From positions 22,444,001-22,508,000 of the forward strand of contig CM120646.1 of NCBI GenBank assembly GCA_051362555.1: a DNA stretch of 64,000 bases, given 5' to 3'. The notes under the pieces were generated by a model that searched no databases, was not told where the DNA came from, and saw only the letters and a list, made by a program, of their open reading frames with translations. Source of the DNA: Lingula anatina (Eukaryota > Animalia > Brachiopoda). The translations under genes and the position numbers were made by a program. Position 1 is the stretch's first letter. Every line of letters starts with the position of its first letter. This document shows positions 63,295-64,000 of the stretch, piece by piece.

Positions 63295-63554
63295 TCAACG
63301 AACCACCGGAGGCAGTTGAAGAAGATCACGGTGCCCGAATAACGGAGTCTCTATCCAGGATAACGAGAAGTGAAACCGAAAGTGATGTTAAACAGGAGGT
63401 CTTATCCGTCGGTGAGGTCAAAAAGAGGCCAAAACGTCGCCCTACGACCTTTGCCTGCACACCCAGTGTCCTATTATGGGCCAATATATTGACCATTTTC
63501 GGCTTCGGGGGCCAATCAAGTGTGTTTGAGTTTACCTGCGAGGTGCCTCCTTAA
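63295..63554 (+). CDS. Uncharacterised Cys-rich protein, last exon (acidic linker, KKRPKR, two-Cys tail)
   Basis: cttgcag|(V)NEPPEAVEEDH...GEVKKRPKRRPTTFACTPSVLLWANILTIFGFGGQSSVFEFTCEVPP*. AATAAA at 63620-63625. Confidence 0.75.
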
Positions 63555-64000
63555 AGTAAAAACTCAGAAATGTCCCATTTCAAGAAAGTAAGAGCGGTAA
63601 GATTCGTTCATTAGAAAAAAATAAATTAAACAAATCAGAATATTTTTTCGGCAATTATGTTATGGTAACAAGATAAACAAACAAAATATAATTCTAAAGG
63701 AAGTGAAATCTATCAAAATGTGTTAAACAGTAGAATATCTAAAAGATGCAAATATGATGCCTTTACTCGAAACCTATAACATAAGAAATTAAGGGACATG
63801 GGGAATAATATTCTTGAGAACATCACTCATGAAGAAGTAATATTTAATTAAAGGTCTGCTAGGCAATTGAAAGATAGGAAAAGACCACGCCCGCATGATA
63901 TACTTTAGAATTTTTAATTTTCTTGGCCGGATTTTGGGATATTATTCTTCAGATCAGTCAAAAAATTAATATTGCTGCAACGGGACAAACCGAGGGAATT

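Overview
AT-rich, intron-containing animal genomic DNA, probably a marine invertebrate (inference from gene content and repeat types). Almost all entries in the ORF track are chance ORFs. One complete 13-coding-exon gene can be spliced by hand on the + strand (47940-56880, 2973 nt, 990 aa). It encodes a type II membrane protein with DxNxDG 'calcium-blade' FG-GAP-like repeats (FAM234/ITFG3-like), carrying a long polar insert that ends in a furin-type RREKR site. A second + strand spliced gene (about 60533-63554) encodes an unrecognised Cys-rich protein with a precursor-like layout: EGF-like module, second Cys module, RRKR, acidic linker, KKRPKR, 38-aa two-Cys tail. Its putative signal-peptide segment contains an in-frame TAG. 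Possible decayed secreted-protein exons lie on the - strand at about 0.65-6 kb (low confidence). Between about 6 kb and 47.5 kb no protein-coding exon is recognisable. That stretch holds MITEs, a Helentron-like element, a LINE remnant, satellites and TAAT-rich candidate regulatory blocks. TTAA-flanked Kolobok-type elements occur at 22-358 and inside intron 8 of the FAM234-like gene. No rRNA, tRNA, CRISPR or confident miRNA was seen.
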